64,000 nucleotides of DNA from assembly GCA_049518795.1 (NCBI GenBank), contig JBEKRK010000001.1:583506-647505 (forward strand). The letters are read 5' to 3'. The notes below the pieces were generated by a model, which worked only from the letters and a program-made list of their open reading frames with translations, was not told the DNA's origin and ran no database searches. Below are positions 39,324 through 49,316 of this stretch, piece after piece. The position numbers and the translations under genes were made by a program. This DNA is from Sedimentisphaerales bacterium. Its GTDB lineage: Bacteria > Planctomycetota > Phycisphaerae > Sedimentisphaerales > UBA12454. The stretch's first letter is position 1. The number at the start of each line of letters is the position of its first letter.

Positions 39324-40079
39324 GTGAAAATCATAGCTGTTATACCTGCCCGCTACGAATCAACAAGATTTCCCGGTAAAGTTCTCGCTAAAGAAACCGG
39401 CAAATATCTCATTCAGCACGTCTGGGAACAAGTCCGCAAAGCAAAACTTGTTGAAAAAGTTATCATCGCCACTGACAGCGAAAAAGTTATGTCGGCCTGC
39501 AAATCCTTTGATGCAGATTGCGTAATGACTGCCTCCACTCACAAGAGCGGCACAGACCGAATCGCCCAGGTTGTTGAAAAAATTGATACCGATATTGTCA
39601 TAAATATTCAGGCTGATGAACCCGAAATCGAGCCGGCCAATATAGATTTGCTCGCTCAATTAATGATTGACAATCCGCAGACAAAAACGGCTACGCTTGT
39701 GGCTAAGTTTGAAAACAAAGAGCAGATTGCAAACCCGAACATTGTTAAGGTTGTTATCGATAAAAGCAGATTCGCAAAATATTTTTCAAGGTCTGTAATA
39801 CCATATTGCAGAACTAACGGCCCTGTCGGCAGTATTATTGACTATTACAGGCATCTTGGCGTTTATGCCTATACAAAAGATTTTCTTTTATGTATAACAA
39901 AGCTGCCGGTTGGAAAATTAGAACAAATCGAGCAGCTTGAGCAGCTTCGCGTCCTCGAATATGGCTATAATATACTTACCGGCCTTGTCCGCCGCGCTGC
40001 AGACGGCATAGACACCCCGCAGCAGTATGCGGAATTTGTAAAAAGATATAAAATTTCAAGTAAGGTTGGAAATGACTGA
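39324..40079 (+). CDS. kdsB: 3-deoxy-manno-octulosonate cytidylyltransferase
   Basis: IPARYESTRFPGK, SGTDRI, INIQADEP, RHLGVYAY and LEQLRVLE. Likely GTG at 39324 (track start 39261). Confidence 0.95.
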   Translation: MKIIAVIPARYESTRFPGKVLAKETGKYLIQHVWEQVRKAKLVEKVIIATDSEKVMSACKSFDADCVMTASTHKSGTDRIAQVVEKIDTDIVINIQADEPEIEPANIDLLAQLMIDNPQTKTATLVAKFENKEQIANPNIVKVVIDKSRFAKYFSRSVIPYCRTNGPVGSIIDYYRHLGVYAYTKDFLLCITKLPVGKLEQIEQLEQLRVLEYGYNILTGLVRRAADGIDTPQQYAEFVKRYKISSKVGND

Positions 40080-41838
40080 CAAAAACGATTTACTTGCAGG
40101 CGTAAGCGAGGCCTCGGTTGAAAGCGAATTCTTTTCGCCGATACCGGCAGGTTACAAAAAAGGCAAGACAAAATACGTAATTGTAATGGGAACCGTAATG
40201 AGTGGCCTGGGCAAAGGAATCTTCTCATCCTGCCTGGCAAAACTTATGCAGGACAAGGGGCTTAAGGTTTCCCCGATAAAACTCGAAGGCTATTTGAATA
40301 TCGACTCAGGCACATTAAATCCATTTCGCCACGGTGAGGTCTTCGTCCTTGATGACGGTATGGAATGCGATATGGATTTAGGTACTTATGAGCGGATGCT
40401 CGATAAGGATTTAAGCAAAGACAATTTTTCAACCAGCGGCCAGATTTACCGCGATATTCTGGAAAAAGAACGTCACGGCGATTATTTAGGCAGAGATGTT
40501 CAAATGATTCCGCACGTTACGGGAGAAGTTAAGCTCAGGCTGCGGACGCTGGCGATGAAATCCAATGCGGATATCGTATTCGTCGAAATCGGCGGCACGG
40601 CAGGCGATCTCGAAAACGCTTTCTATATCGAAGCGATGAGAGAGCTTGCCTATGAGGAAGGCACTTATAGTTGCTGTTTTGTAGCGTTGACATATATCCT
40701 TGAGCCGAGAACGCTTGGCGAGCAAAAATCAAAAGCAGCCCAGCTTGGCATAAAACAGCTTATGCAGTCCGGCATTCAGCCGGATATTATTGCCTGCCGA
40801 GCGGCAAGTGCCGTCAGCGATAAGGTCCGCCAGAAAATCAGCGTTTACAGCAATGTGCCGATCAGCAGGGTCGTAAGCCTTGCAGATTCAGCGAGCATAT
40901 ATCAGATACCGGCAATGCTGCGGGACTGCGGGATGGATTTTGAAGTTCTAAGGCTTTTGCACATTGAGGACAGGATTGATTTGCGCAGGGAGCGGATTGA
41001 ATGGGCAAAATGGTGTGATTTTACAGATAAAATCGACAAAGAAAAACAGGAAATTACAATCGGCATTACCGGCAAATATACCTCCGTCCGGGACAGCTAC
41101 GCATCAATCATAAACGCGCTTGAGCATTCGGGAATTGCACTCGGCTGCAAGGTTAAAATTGACTGGATAGATACAAGCGCTATAACCGATAAAAATGCCG
41201 CTCAGCATTTGAAAGTAGTCGACGGCATAATCGTTCCCGGCGGTTTTGGTGTCCGAGGCACCGAAGGCAAGATAGCCTGTATAAAATACGCCAGAACCAA
41301 TAATCTGCCGTTTCTTGGGATTTGTTTCGGTTTCCAGATGGCAGTTATCGAATTTGCAAGGAATGTTTGCAGCCTAAAAAAAGCAAACAGCACTGAAATA
41401 GAGCCGGCCTGTTCGGAACCAGTTATTGACATTTTGCCGGAGCAGAAAAAAATTGAAGGTCTCGGCGGTAATATGCGCCTTGGCGGCCAAGACATAGAAA
41501 TAAAACCGGACACGATGGCTTTTAAGCTCTTCGGCAATAGTTCAGCTGTCCGGATGAGGTTCAGGCATCGCTATGAAGTTGACCCGCGTTATATCGAAAC
41601 GATTGAAAAAGCGGGCTTGGTTTTCTCCGGCAAGGCTCCAAACCAGCCGATTATGCAGATGCTTGAATTGCCCGGCCACCCGTATTTTATCGCGACGCAA
41701 GCCCATCCTTGTTTGACTTCTCGGCCGTTGCATCCTCAGCCGATGTTCGTTGGTCTTGTTGCAGCGGCAATAGCTTCACGCTCAAATAATAAGGACAATG
41801 CCGCAGTTTGTCGGGCAGTAGAGAAGGTATGCGGCTGA
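40072..41838 (+). CDS. pyrG: CTP synthase
   Basis: GTVMSGLGKG, HGEVFVLDDG.ECDMDLG, VPGGFG, LGICFG, FRHRYE and QAHP. Confidence 0.97.
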   Translation: MTDKNDLLAGVSEASVESEFFSPIPAGYKKGKTKYVIVMGTVMSGLGKGIFSSCLAKLMQDKGLKVSPIKLEGYLNIDSGTLNPFRHGEVFVLDDGMECDMDLGTYERMLDKDLSKDNFSTSGQIYRDILEKERHGDYLGRDVQMIPHVTGEVKLRLRTLAMKSNADIVFVEIGGTAGDLENAFYIEAMRELAYEEGTYSCCFVALTYILEPRTLGEQKSKAAQLGIKQLMQSGIQPDIIACRAASAVSDKVRQKISVYSNVPISRVVSLADSASIYQIPAMLRDCGMDFEVLRLLHIEDRIDLRRERIEWAKWCDFTDKIDKEKQEITIGITGKYTSVRDSYASIINALEHSGIALGCKVKIDWIDTSAITDKNAAQHLKVVDGIIVPGGFGVRGTEGKIACIKYARTNNLPFLGICFGFQMAVIEFARNVCSLKKANSTEIEPACSEPVIDILPEQKKIEGLGGNMRLGGQDIEIKPDTMAFKLFGNSSAVRMRFRHRYEVDPRYIETIEKAGLVFSGKAPNQPIMQMLELPGHPYFIATQAHPCLTSRPLHPQPMFVGLVAAAIASRSNNKDNAAVCRAVEKVCG

Positions 41839-41850
41839 TTTAAGAAGTAT

Positions 41851-42237
41851 TTATTTCTGCTGCTGTTGCTGCTGAGTTTTATATTGCCCCAATTCTCTTT
41901 CAAGGTCTGCGATTCTTGACAACAGATATGCGTTCTCTTCTGAAAGTTTCGAGGCATCATCCAGCAGGTCTTTGGGCAGTTCGTCCATAAGCCATTTGAT
42001 ATTTTCATTGCACTGCTGGTCTGCCTTTTCCTTTTCATCCTCGCACTGGCGGACAAGACTTTTTTGTTTTTCTATTTCTTCCTGACAGCTCTTCAACTCA
42101 TTTTTAAGGTTCAGGTTTTCATTGCCTACGAGCCTGTCTTTCCTTGAAATCTCAGTAGTTTGTTTCTCCTGCGACTGCTGACAGCCCGCTAAAATAACTA
42201 CTAGTATTACCGATAAAATAAAGCTTAATCTTTTCAT
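41851..42237 (-). CDS. Hypothetical coiled-coil lipoprotein
   Basis: MKRLSFILSVILVVILAGC lipobox, then a heptad-rich polar region. ATG at 42237 (track start 42267). Confidence 0.75.
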   Translation of the reverse strand: MKRLSFILSVILVVILAGCQQSQEKQTTEISRKDRLVGNENLNLKNELKSCQEEIEKQKSLVRQCEDEKEKADQQCNENIKWLMDELPKDLLDDASKLSEENAYLLSRIADLERELGQYKTQQQQQQK

Positions 42238-42332
42238 AACCTGCCCTTTAATAAGAAGTTCTGTCATTTAAGACCTGCAATTATATCGGCTTTTCTTTAC
42301 CGGTCAACAATAATTAAATAAGGTAAAATTGC

Positions 42333-42374
42333 AAAAAAACGGAAGATTCTGTCGTAGCGTTAGAATCTTCCGTT
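42333..42374 (-). terminator. Strong intrinsic terminator (minus strand)
   Basis: 13-bp perfect stem AACGGAAGATTCT (42338-50) / AGAATCTTCCGTT (42362-74); A7 run at 42333-39 reads as a U-tract on the minus strand. Confidence 0.85.
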
Positions 42375-42484
42375 AGCCTTGTGAGCTGAAGTCAAAATTT
42401 TGAGTTACGGCTCACGGTTTTAATTAGTCGTCGCAAGAATTAACCGTGGCGAAACCTACTGCTGCGACGACATTTTACTAAAAA

Positions 42485-42523
42485 CTATTTTTTCTTTTTT
42501 GCTGCTTTTTTCTTCTTAGCCAT
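42485..42523 (-). CDS. Candidate 12-aa Lys-rich micropeptide MAKKKKAAKKKK
   Basis: ATG GCT AAG AAG AAA AAA GCA GCA AAA AAG AAA AAA TAG, preceded at 7 nt by AAAGGAGGTG (42531-40), a near-perfect Shine-Dalgarno. Confidence 0.6.
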   Translation of the reverse strand: MAKKKKAAKKKK

Positions 42524-43118
42524 TATTGTTCACCTCCTTTCAACAAAAAGGATTTACTGAACAATACTTTTTTACACTTCTTTGTAATTCTGTCAACAAA
42601 TTTTTGTCATAAGTTCACGTGCTCAACATATTTATCGTCAAATAAGTGGAAATTTCTTCACAATTTTCTTAATAATTTCTCTTTTATCGCTTCATTGATT
42701 CATTGAATGGCACAAGTAAATTATAAATCGGAAAATATGCTGCGAATGTTTTTATGCACTAATAGCATCATCATAAAACCATCTAAAATGGTTCGATATT
42801 AAGCGAAAATCAACGATTTTCCTGATTTTGAAATATTGTTTGTAATTTTCTCTTGCGCAATAAAAAATGTGAGAAATCGAAAAATTAAAATTACTAATTT
42901 GAATGAAAACTATCTGACAAGAATTTTTTTTTGAAATTTTAAAAAAATAGTGAAAATCCGTATTTTAAAGGATTTTTTGAGATAAATTTTTGAATTTATA
43001 CCAAAATATGCAACAGTTTATTTGTGAAATTTTTTGCTTAAAAGTTGTTTTTGCCTTTGCTGATATAGTTTTTTATAATATTAAGTCTGGTTTTTTAACT
43101 TATTAAAGGTTACTGCGA

Positions 43119-43742
43119 ATGTCGGACAAGATAATTTTATTTGGCGGAACTTATGACCCCGTTCATATTGGTCATATAGATGTTGCGGCTTCGGCGGCCC
43201 GGATAATCGGCGCATCGACAGTTTTCCTGATACCCGCCAGGCGTTCACCGCACAAGCAAAACAGGCCTTTGGCTGCAGATGATGACCGGATTGCAATGTT
43301 GAAACTTGCCATTGCGGGTAAAAGCCTTTTCCAGATAAGTCCTGTGGAGCTGAACAGGGCTGAACCCAGCTACACAATTGACACCATCATATATTTCAGG
43401 CAGAAATTTGGACCGGCCTGTCAGCTTTATTGGCTCATCGGCGCCGATATGCTAAAGGATTTGCCGAAGTGGTTCAAGATTGATGAACTGATGAATGAAT
43501 GCACAATTTGTGTTATGAACCGCGGCGGCTTTGACAGGCCTGATTTCAAAGATTTAGCGGGCAAATTGGGCGAGAAAAACATTGAAAAGTTGCGCCAAAA
43601 TTCGATTGAAACTCCTCTAATTGATATTAGCAGCACTGAAATACGTCAGAAATTATCACAAAGCGAAGATGTTAGCAAATTTCTGCATCCAGCCGTTTTG
43701 AATTATATCAAAACCTACAGACTATACACCGCTGCTGATTAA
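43119..43742 (+). CDS. nadD: Nicotinate-nucleotide adenylyltransferase
   Basis: FGGTYDPVHIGH, SYTIDT, LIGAD and ISSTEIR. Confidence 0.95.
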   Translation: MSDKIILFGGTYDPVHIGHIDVAASAARIIGASTVFLIPARRSPHKQNRPLAADDDRIAMLKLAIAGKSLFQISPVELNRAEPSYTIDTIIYFRQKFGPACQLYWLIGADMLKDLPKWFKIDELMNECTICVMNRGGFDRPDFKDLAGKLGEKNIEKLRQNSIETPLIDISSTEIRQKLSQSEDVSKFLHPAVLNYIKTYRLYTAAD

Positions 43743-45295
43743 CCGGGAAAAATCATCGCTGATGCGAATTCATCCTGAAAATCACTATCAGCTGATAGTT
43801 CTATATGTTTTGTCTGATTAGCAAGATTTTCTGCCTTTTCTCTTGCCTTAATTGAAAGCAGCGCAAGTTTTACCCCTGCAAGCGATGTATTGCCAACAAA
43901 AGAAATTTTTTCGTGGCCGATTTCCATCGGCAATAGTCCTATCCGCTGAGCATGATTTCTTCTGATGAAACTTCCGAACCCCCCTGCTATAAACACTTTT
44001 TTCAGGTCGACAGGTCTAAGGTCTGACTGCTTAAGAATTATATTTATTCCTGCCCTGATTGCCCCGACAGCAAGCTGAATCTGCCGAATATCCTTTTGCG
44101 TAATTTTAACTTTATCGGCAATAACAAATTCAGGCTGCTTCATTCTACCTGATGAATCAATGATACCTGCGTTAAGAAGTCCCGCTGTAACATCAATAAG
44201 CCCGCTGCCGCAAATACCCATTGGCTTTACATTTCCAATAACATTATAGATACATTCATTGTTGAACTTCACTTTTTCAATCGCACCGATTGTTGCCCTC
44301 ATTCCGCAGGATATTCTCGCTCCTTCAAACGCAGGACCTGCTGCGGTTGATGCCGCCATTATTTTATTATTATTTACCAGCACAATTTCGCCATTAGTGC
44401 CGATATCAATCATTAACGCAGGCTGCGGCTGGTTGAGTAAGTCCAAAGCCAGCATTCCCGCAGAAATATCGCCGCCGACAAAACCTCCAATAATCGGAAA
44501 TATATAAACGATGCCTTTTGAATTTATTTCAATCTTCAATTCAGACGCGTTTATCACCTTTGCTCCTCGCCAAACCGGTTCAAAAGGCAGCTGCCCCAAA
44601 GGCGAAGGGTCTATCCCGCAAACAAGATGCTCCATTGTTGTATTGCCTGCGATGGCAACCTCATAAATATTTTCTCTACCAACTCCGCCCTGTTTACAAA
44701 GCTGGTTTATAATTGCATTTATTTGTCTGATAACTGTCTTTTGCAATTCGGCAAGGCCGTTTTTGTCCGCAGCGTGCTTTATCCTGCTGATAACATCGTC
44801 GCCAAAGGAAATCTGCGGATTTACCTCGCCTATAACGGCAATTTCATTTCCATTTTTAAGATTGACAAGTGAGGCTGCCAGCGTCGTTGTGCCGACATCG
44901 ACTGCGACGCCAAAATACTTGTCGCCTTTGATTTGCCGCTCGTCAGGAATAAGCGTCTGAATGATATCAGACTCAATAACAATTTTTTCAATGCCTGACA
45001 GGAGCGATTCTTTAGGCACTTCGATTACCATATCTTCAGTAATTGTATTTTGACAGGCCAATCGCCAGCCTTGTTTTAGTTCTTCCTCGCTGAAGATTTT
45101 CTCATCAGCCGGTGTCGGTTCACTTTTAGGCGATATAATTTTTACTCTGCATTTTCCGCAGCCCCCTGTTGCCCCGCAGGGCGTATTTATAATGATTCCG
45201 ACAGCACCGGCAGCCTCAATTATCTTTGTGCCGCTCAGCACATAAACCGACCTGCCCTGCGGCTGGAATGTAACTTTCATCTGCCGTTCATTCAT
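43739..45295 (-). CDS. ASKHA-domain [2Fe-2S] reductive activator of corrinoid proteins (RACo/DUF4445-like), compact form
   Basis: CGATGGCGKC...RLACQ ferredoxin; AVDVGTTT, GGFVGGD, IDIGTNGE, STAAGPAFEG, GICGSG and IAGGFG. Confidence 0.88.
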   Translation of the reverse strand: MNERQMKVTFQPQGRSVYVLSGTKIIEAAGAVGIIINTPCGATGGCGKCRVKIISPKSEPTPADEKIFSEEELKQGWRLACQNTITEDMVIEVPKESLLSGIEKIVIESDIIQTLIPDERQIKGDKYFGVAVDVGTTTLAASLVNLKNGNEIAVIGEVNPQISFGDDVISRIKHAADKNGLAELQKTVIRQINAIINQLCKQGGVGRENIYEVAIAGNTTMEHLVCGIDPSPLGQLPFEPVWRGAKVINASELKIEINSKGIVYIFPIIGGFVGGDISAGMLALDLLNQPQPALMIDIGTNGEIVLVNNNKIMAASTAAGPAFEGARISCGMRATIGAIEKVKFNNECIYNVIGNVKPMGICGSGLIDVTAGLLNAGIIDSSGRMKQPEFVIADKVKITQKDIRQIQLAVGAIRAGINIILKQSDLRPVDLKKVFIAGGFGSFIRRNHAQRIGLLPMEIGHEKISFVGNTSLAGVKLALLSIKAREKAENLANQTKHIELSADSDFQDEFASAMIFPG

Positions 45296-46218
45296 ATAAT
45301 CACTTTATAATAAATATCGCTGTCCTGCTTTACAGCCTTGATTCTGCCCGATTTAATCAATTCATCGATATGTTTTAGAGTTTCTATCTTTGATATTTTC
45401 AGTCCTGCTGCTATATCATCCGCCGAGCAGGGTCTTCTTTTAAGCATTTCGATAATATCATCGTTTTTGATTTTAAAGTCGCCCGCTTTATCACCGCCCT
45501 TAAAATCAGCGATAACTTCGGCATTTTTATAAATTCTTTTCGCAATCTGCCGCATTCTTTCTCTGCTGACTGCCTTTACATTTTCAGCCGGCGGCCGGCT
45601 CACGGTATTAAGCTGAACTTTGTCGGGTTGGATTTTCTCAATGCAGGCTGCAATTTTATCAATCTGCTCATCACTGTCGTTCAAACCGGTAATCAGAAAA
45701 ACCTCAAGCCAGTATTTGCCTTTAAATTCCCTGCGAAAATCAATCAAGCCCTTAAGCATTTTATCAAATGTTATTTCAGGAACGGGGCGGTTTATTTCTT
45801 TAAAAGTTACTTCGTCGCCGGCAACAAGGGTCGGCATAACAACATCAGCTTCCAATAAATCCTGACGAACTTCCCTATTAAAAAGCAGCGAACCATTAGT
45901 TATAACCGCGATAGGTATATTGGTAATCTGTTTGATTTTATTTATTAGCTGTCCGCAATCGCTGCACAGCGTCGGCTCACCTGAACCGGAAAGCGTGATA
46001 AAATCGGGCTTCGTTGAAAGTTTTTCTTTTAGCTCTTCAATAACCTCATCTATATTTACCCAGCTTTTCCTTATAATTGTTTTTTGTGTTGTGCGTCCTA
46101 CCTGGCAATATACGCAATCATAAGTGCAGGTTTTATAAGGAATTAGGTCAATACCGAGCGAGCGCCCAAGCCTTCTCGACGGCACCGGCCCGAAAATATG
46201 TTTTTTCGGTTCTTTCAA
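45292..46218 (-). CDS. Radical SAM protein (COG0731-like) with C-terminal HTH-like tail
   Basis: FGPVPSRRLGRSLGID, CTYDCVYC, LSGSGEPTL and VQLNTVSRPP. Confidence 0.88.
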   Translation of the reverse strand: MKEPKKHIFGPVPSRRLGRSLGIDLIPYKTCTYDCVYCQVGRTTQKTIIRKSWVNIDEVIEELKEKLSTKPDFITLSGSGEPTLCSDCGQLINKIKQITNIPIAVITNGSLLFNREVRQDLLEADVVMPTLVAGDEVTFKEINRPVPEITFDKMLKGLIDFRREFKGKYWLEVFLITGLNDSDEQIDKIAACIEKIQPDKVQLNTVSRPPAENVKAVSRERMRQIAKRIYKNAEVIADFKGGDKAGDFKIKNDDIIEMLKRRPCSADDIAAGLKISKIETLKHIDELIKSGRIKAVKQDSDIYYKVII

Positions 46219-46258
46219 ATTGCAAATCTCTTCCTTGTTCTGTTTTTAACTTCCAAAT

Positions 46259-47119
46259 TCAATATTCTACTATTGTTCCCGCCGAACATATAAAACATTT
46301 TCTGGGAAATGCTTGTCTTATTTCAAGCGTTGCCTTAAGTCCTGTGCAGTGAGCAGGCCCGATTTTTTGCAGATTTAGCGATTTCAAACGGTTTATGACC
46401 TTCTGTATCCTTTCTTTTTTAGCGCCGATCAGGTGCATACCGCCTATAATCGCATAGATTTTGTCCGTACGGCTGATTTTCGTAACGTAATCAAGGGTGT
46501 TTATTAGCCCCGCATGAGCGCAGCCGAATATAACTACCAGCCCGTTTGCCGTATTGAAAAAAACCGACTGGTCGTCAGCCAATATATCAGGCTTTTTTGC
46601 TTTCTCATCGAGAAAGAATTCGTTCTCATCGATTTCAAAATCATTGGTTCTGGGCACTTCTCCCGTAACAAACAAGCCCGGAAAAATTTCCGTCGGCCCT
46701 TTTGTCCACACGACCTTATTTGTTTGCGAATGAGATTCGATAATGCTCTTTATTCCATGTGCCACTCCGATAAATCTGCTCGTCCCGCCGGTAAAACTGT
46801 ATTTTTTATCAAGCGCATCCGGATGAAGGTATAGCTTTGCTTTTTTTGCTTGATTCAGCACCGGCTCAAGCCCGCCTGTATGGTCATAATGCCCGTGGCT
46901 TATGACAATAGCGTCCGCCTGCGCCAAATCAATTCCGAGTATTTCGGCATTTTTGACTACGATTCCAGTTTGTCCTGTATCAAACAGGAGTTTGCTGTCT
47001 CCATACTCAATCCAGAAACTAACCCCATGCTCGGCGTGCAGGCCGTTTCCTTCGGCAGTATCTTCCACAAGTGTTGTTATTTTTATATTTTTATTCATTT
47101 TTTCACGCTTTATATTCAA
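46259..47119 (-). CDS. MBL-fold metallo-hydrolase (MJ0448/COG1237-like)
   Basis: EHGVSFWIE, LLFDTG, SHGHYDHTGG, DDQS, GCAHAG, GGMHL and HCTG. Confidence 0.88.
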   Translation of the reverse strand: MNIKREKMNKNIKITTLVEDTAEGNGLHAEHGVSFWIEYGDSKLLFDTGQTGIVVKNAEILGIDLAQADAIVISHGHYDHTGGLEPVLNQAKKAKLYLHPDALDKKYSFTGGTSRFIGVAHGIKSIIESHSQTNKVVWTKGPTEIFPGLFVTGEVPRTNDFEIDENEFFLDEKAKKPDILADDQSVFFNTANGLVVIFGCAHAGLINTLDYVTKISRTDKIYAIIGGMHLIGAKKERIQKVINRLKSLNLQKIGPAHCTGLKATLEIRQAFPRKCFICSAGTIVEY

Positions 47120-47155
47120 ATCACAAGTTTTTTGTTTCCAAGAACTTATATCACT

Positions 47156-48073
47156 TTACCAATTAAAATAGCAGCCAAAATGCCTATAAAATAAGCCTAT
47201 TATTCTCATTACAAAGACCCCTAATATTTGTACAGCCAGCACTGCCGCAAGGTTCAATAATACTGTTGTATTGGCAACATCGCCATAGTTTCGAGTCATA
47301 AATTGAAGCCAGCATAAAATGGCAAATAATATCGCAATAAATAAATAATGCCGAAAGGCATTTTTTATCGGCACAAAAAAATAGTCCGGCCTGAAAAGCA
47401 TTGTCAGGTCTCGCCCTATACTTACCGTCAGCACAGCCATAGGAAACAGAAATCCTCCGATTGCGGCTAAAAGAAAAATCAGCCAGTGGAGTTCAAAACC
47501 GATGAGATAGAATATAAATTTTGTGATAATCACTGGCAGAAAAACTACCACTAATGCGACAAAAAAAGAATACAACGCTCCAAGAGCTGAAAACAGATAA
47601 CCGAATCCGCCGCCGAAAGTTATTTGCGGCAATGATTCAATATCAAAAGCTGTCGAATAGATAATTTCAGCATAGCACCATAAAATCCCGCCCCATACAA
47701 GGATGGCAATTGCTGAACCTATCGGCAGCAGGATTGCTATCGTGCCGCCGCCTCGGCAGGGTATTGTAAAGGAATAATTAAGGTGCGCAACAAAAAATTT
47801 TAGAGTAGTTACAACAAATATGAAAACAAGCATCGGCAGACTCTGTTCACTGAAGATGGCAGCTAATGATTTTTTGAAAACCGCTTCATAAAACCCCGGC
47901 AATGGCTCATCAAATTCTTTCGGCTGCTTAATTTTTTTTGGCGAATCGCCATCTTTATCTGGAATTATAAATATTTGATTGCATTGCAGGCATCTTGCAC
48001 GTCTGCCTTTGTAAATATCCCTAAATGCACATAACGCCTTGCAATTAGGACAGTTAAATGTAATTGAAGCCAT
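47156..48073 (-). CDS. Membrane protein with N-terminal Zn ribbon
   Basis: CPNC...CLQC followed by about 6 TM helices; no named family recognised. Confidence 0.7.
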   Translation of the reverse strand: MASITFNCPNCKALCAFRDIYKGRRARCLQCNQIFIIPDKDGDSPKKIKQPKEFDEPLPGFYEAVFKKSLAAIFSEQSLPMLVFIFVVTTLKFFVAHLNYSFTIPCRGGGTIAILLPIGSAIAILVWGGILWCYAEIIYSTAFDIESLPQITFGGGFGYLFSALGALYSFFVALVVVFLPVIITKFIFYLIGFELHWLIFLLAAIGGFLFPMAVLTVSIGRDLTMLFRPDYFFVPIKNAFRHYLFIAILFAILCWLQFMTRNYGDVANTTVLLNLAAVLAVQILGVFVMRIIGLFYRHFGCYFNW

Positions 48074-48079
48074 TTCTCT

Positions 48080-49222
48080 CTACATTGTCACAGAGTTCAT
48101 TGCATCCATAAAGCACTGATTATCGTTGACCCATTTTTGGGCTTCGAGCAGGTCGATTTTGCCGGTCTTGACCAATTTTGCAAGGTGATGTTCGAACGTC
48201 ACCATTTTTTCTTCGGGCCTGTTTTTTGTTTTGATTTGGAGCTGCGAATAAAGCTGTTCGATTTTTCCTGTCCTGATGATATTCGCACAGGCATAATTAT
48301 TGTTCAGAATTTCCATACAGACTACTCTTCCTGTTCCGTCTTTTTTTGGAATTAGTTTCTGGCAGATAACATAAGCAAGTCCCAGCGATAGCTGATTTCC
48401 TATCTCATCCTGCCTGACGGCCGGAAAATAATCCAATATTCTTGTTATAGTTCCTGTAACATCGCGTGTATGCAGAGTCGAAAAAACCAAATGGCCTGTC
48501 TCGGCAGCCATCAGCGTCATCGCGATTGTCTCCGCGTCTCTCATTTCGCCGACAAAAATTATATCAGGGTCTTCTCGCATCATCGCTTTCAAACCATCAG
48601 TGAATGTAGGAACGTCCCTGCCTGCCTCACGTTGCGATATGACGGAGTTTTTCTGCTTAAGGATGTATTCGATTGGGTCTTCGATTGAAATTATCCGGCA
48701 GGCTCTTGTTTCGCTTATCCTGTCAATTAAGGATGCGATAGTGGTTGATTTTCCTGCGCCGGTAATACCCGTAAGCAGGACAAGCCCATTTTGCAATTTG
48801 ATAATATCCTTGTAAACATCATTTGGAAATCCGATATCTTCGAGTTTGGGCACATCGAGTCCCAATGCCCTGATAGCCGCTGCCGGTCCGTCATTATCCA
48901 CAAACACATTGATTCTGAACTGCAAATCGGAGTAGTGATATGAGCAGTCAACATTGCTTTTATCTTTGAATTCAGCTATCTTTTTTTCACCTAACAGCGG
49001 GAAAATCAGCCCCTCGGCAATTTCCTTTGTTACAATCTGGCCTCTGAGTTTCATCAAATCCCCATCAACGCGGAATGTCGGCTGGACACCGACCTTTATG
49101 TGCAAATCGGAGACCCTCATTGCCCCGTGTTTTTTGAAATAAGCCAGCATATCCTCGATGCTCCAGTCGCCGGAGTCGGCGGTCTTGTAAACCTTTGCAT
49201 TTACGGAATACTCTTGTGCCAT
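48080..49222 (-). CDS. PilT/PilU-family type IV pilus ATPase
   Basis: SDLHIKVG, FRINVF, GITGAGKST, EDPIEY, REDPDIIFVGEMRD and STLHT. Confidence 0.9.
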   Translation of the reverse strand: MAQEYSVNAKVYKTADSGDWSIEDMLAYFKKHGAMRVSDLHIKVGVQPTFRVDGDLMKLRGQIVTKEIAEGLIFPLLGEKKIAEFKDKSNVDCSYHYSDLQFRINVFVDNDGPAAAIRALGLDVPKLEDIGFPNDVYKDIIKLQNGLVLLTGITGAGKSTTIASLIDRISETRACRIISIEDPIEYILKQKNSVISQREAGRDVPTFTDGLKAMMREDPDIIFVGEMRDAETIAMTLMAAETGHLVFSTLHTRDVTGTITRILDYFPAVRQDEIGNQLSLGLAYVICQKLIPKKDGTGRVVCMEILNNNYACANIIRTGKIEQLYSQLQIKTKNRPEEKMVTFEHHLAKLVKTGKIDLLEAQKWVNDNQCFMDAMNSVTM

Positions 49223-49316
49223 ATTTCACCTGTCTTGTAATTTCTACGCTAACGAACATAATTATACAAATTTATACCATAAATCAAAAGAAATAGTTAC
49301 AATACAATTATTCATT

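Noticed and set aside
42600-43100. Long AT-rich gap as a possible replication origin
   Set aside because: No good TTATCCACA DnaA boxes (best have 2 or more mismatches) and no dnaA/gidA-type neighbours.
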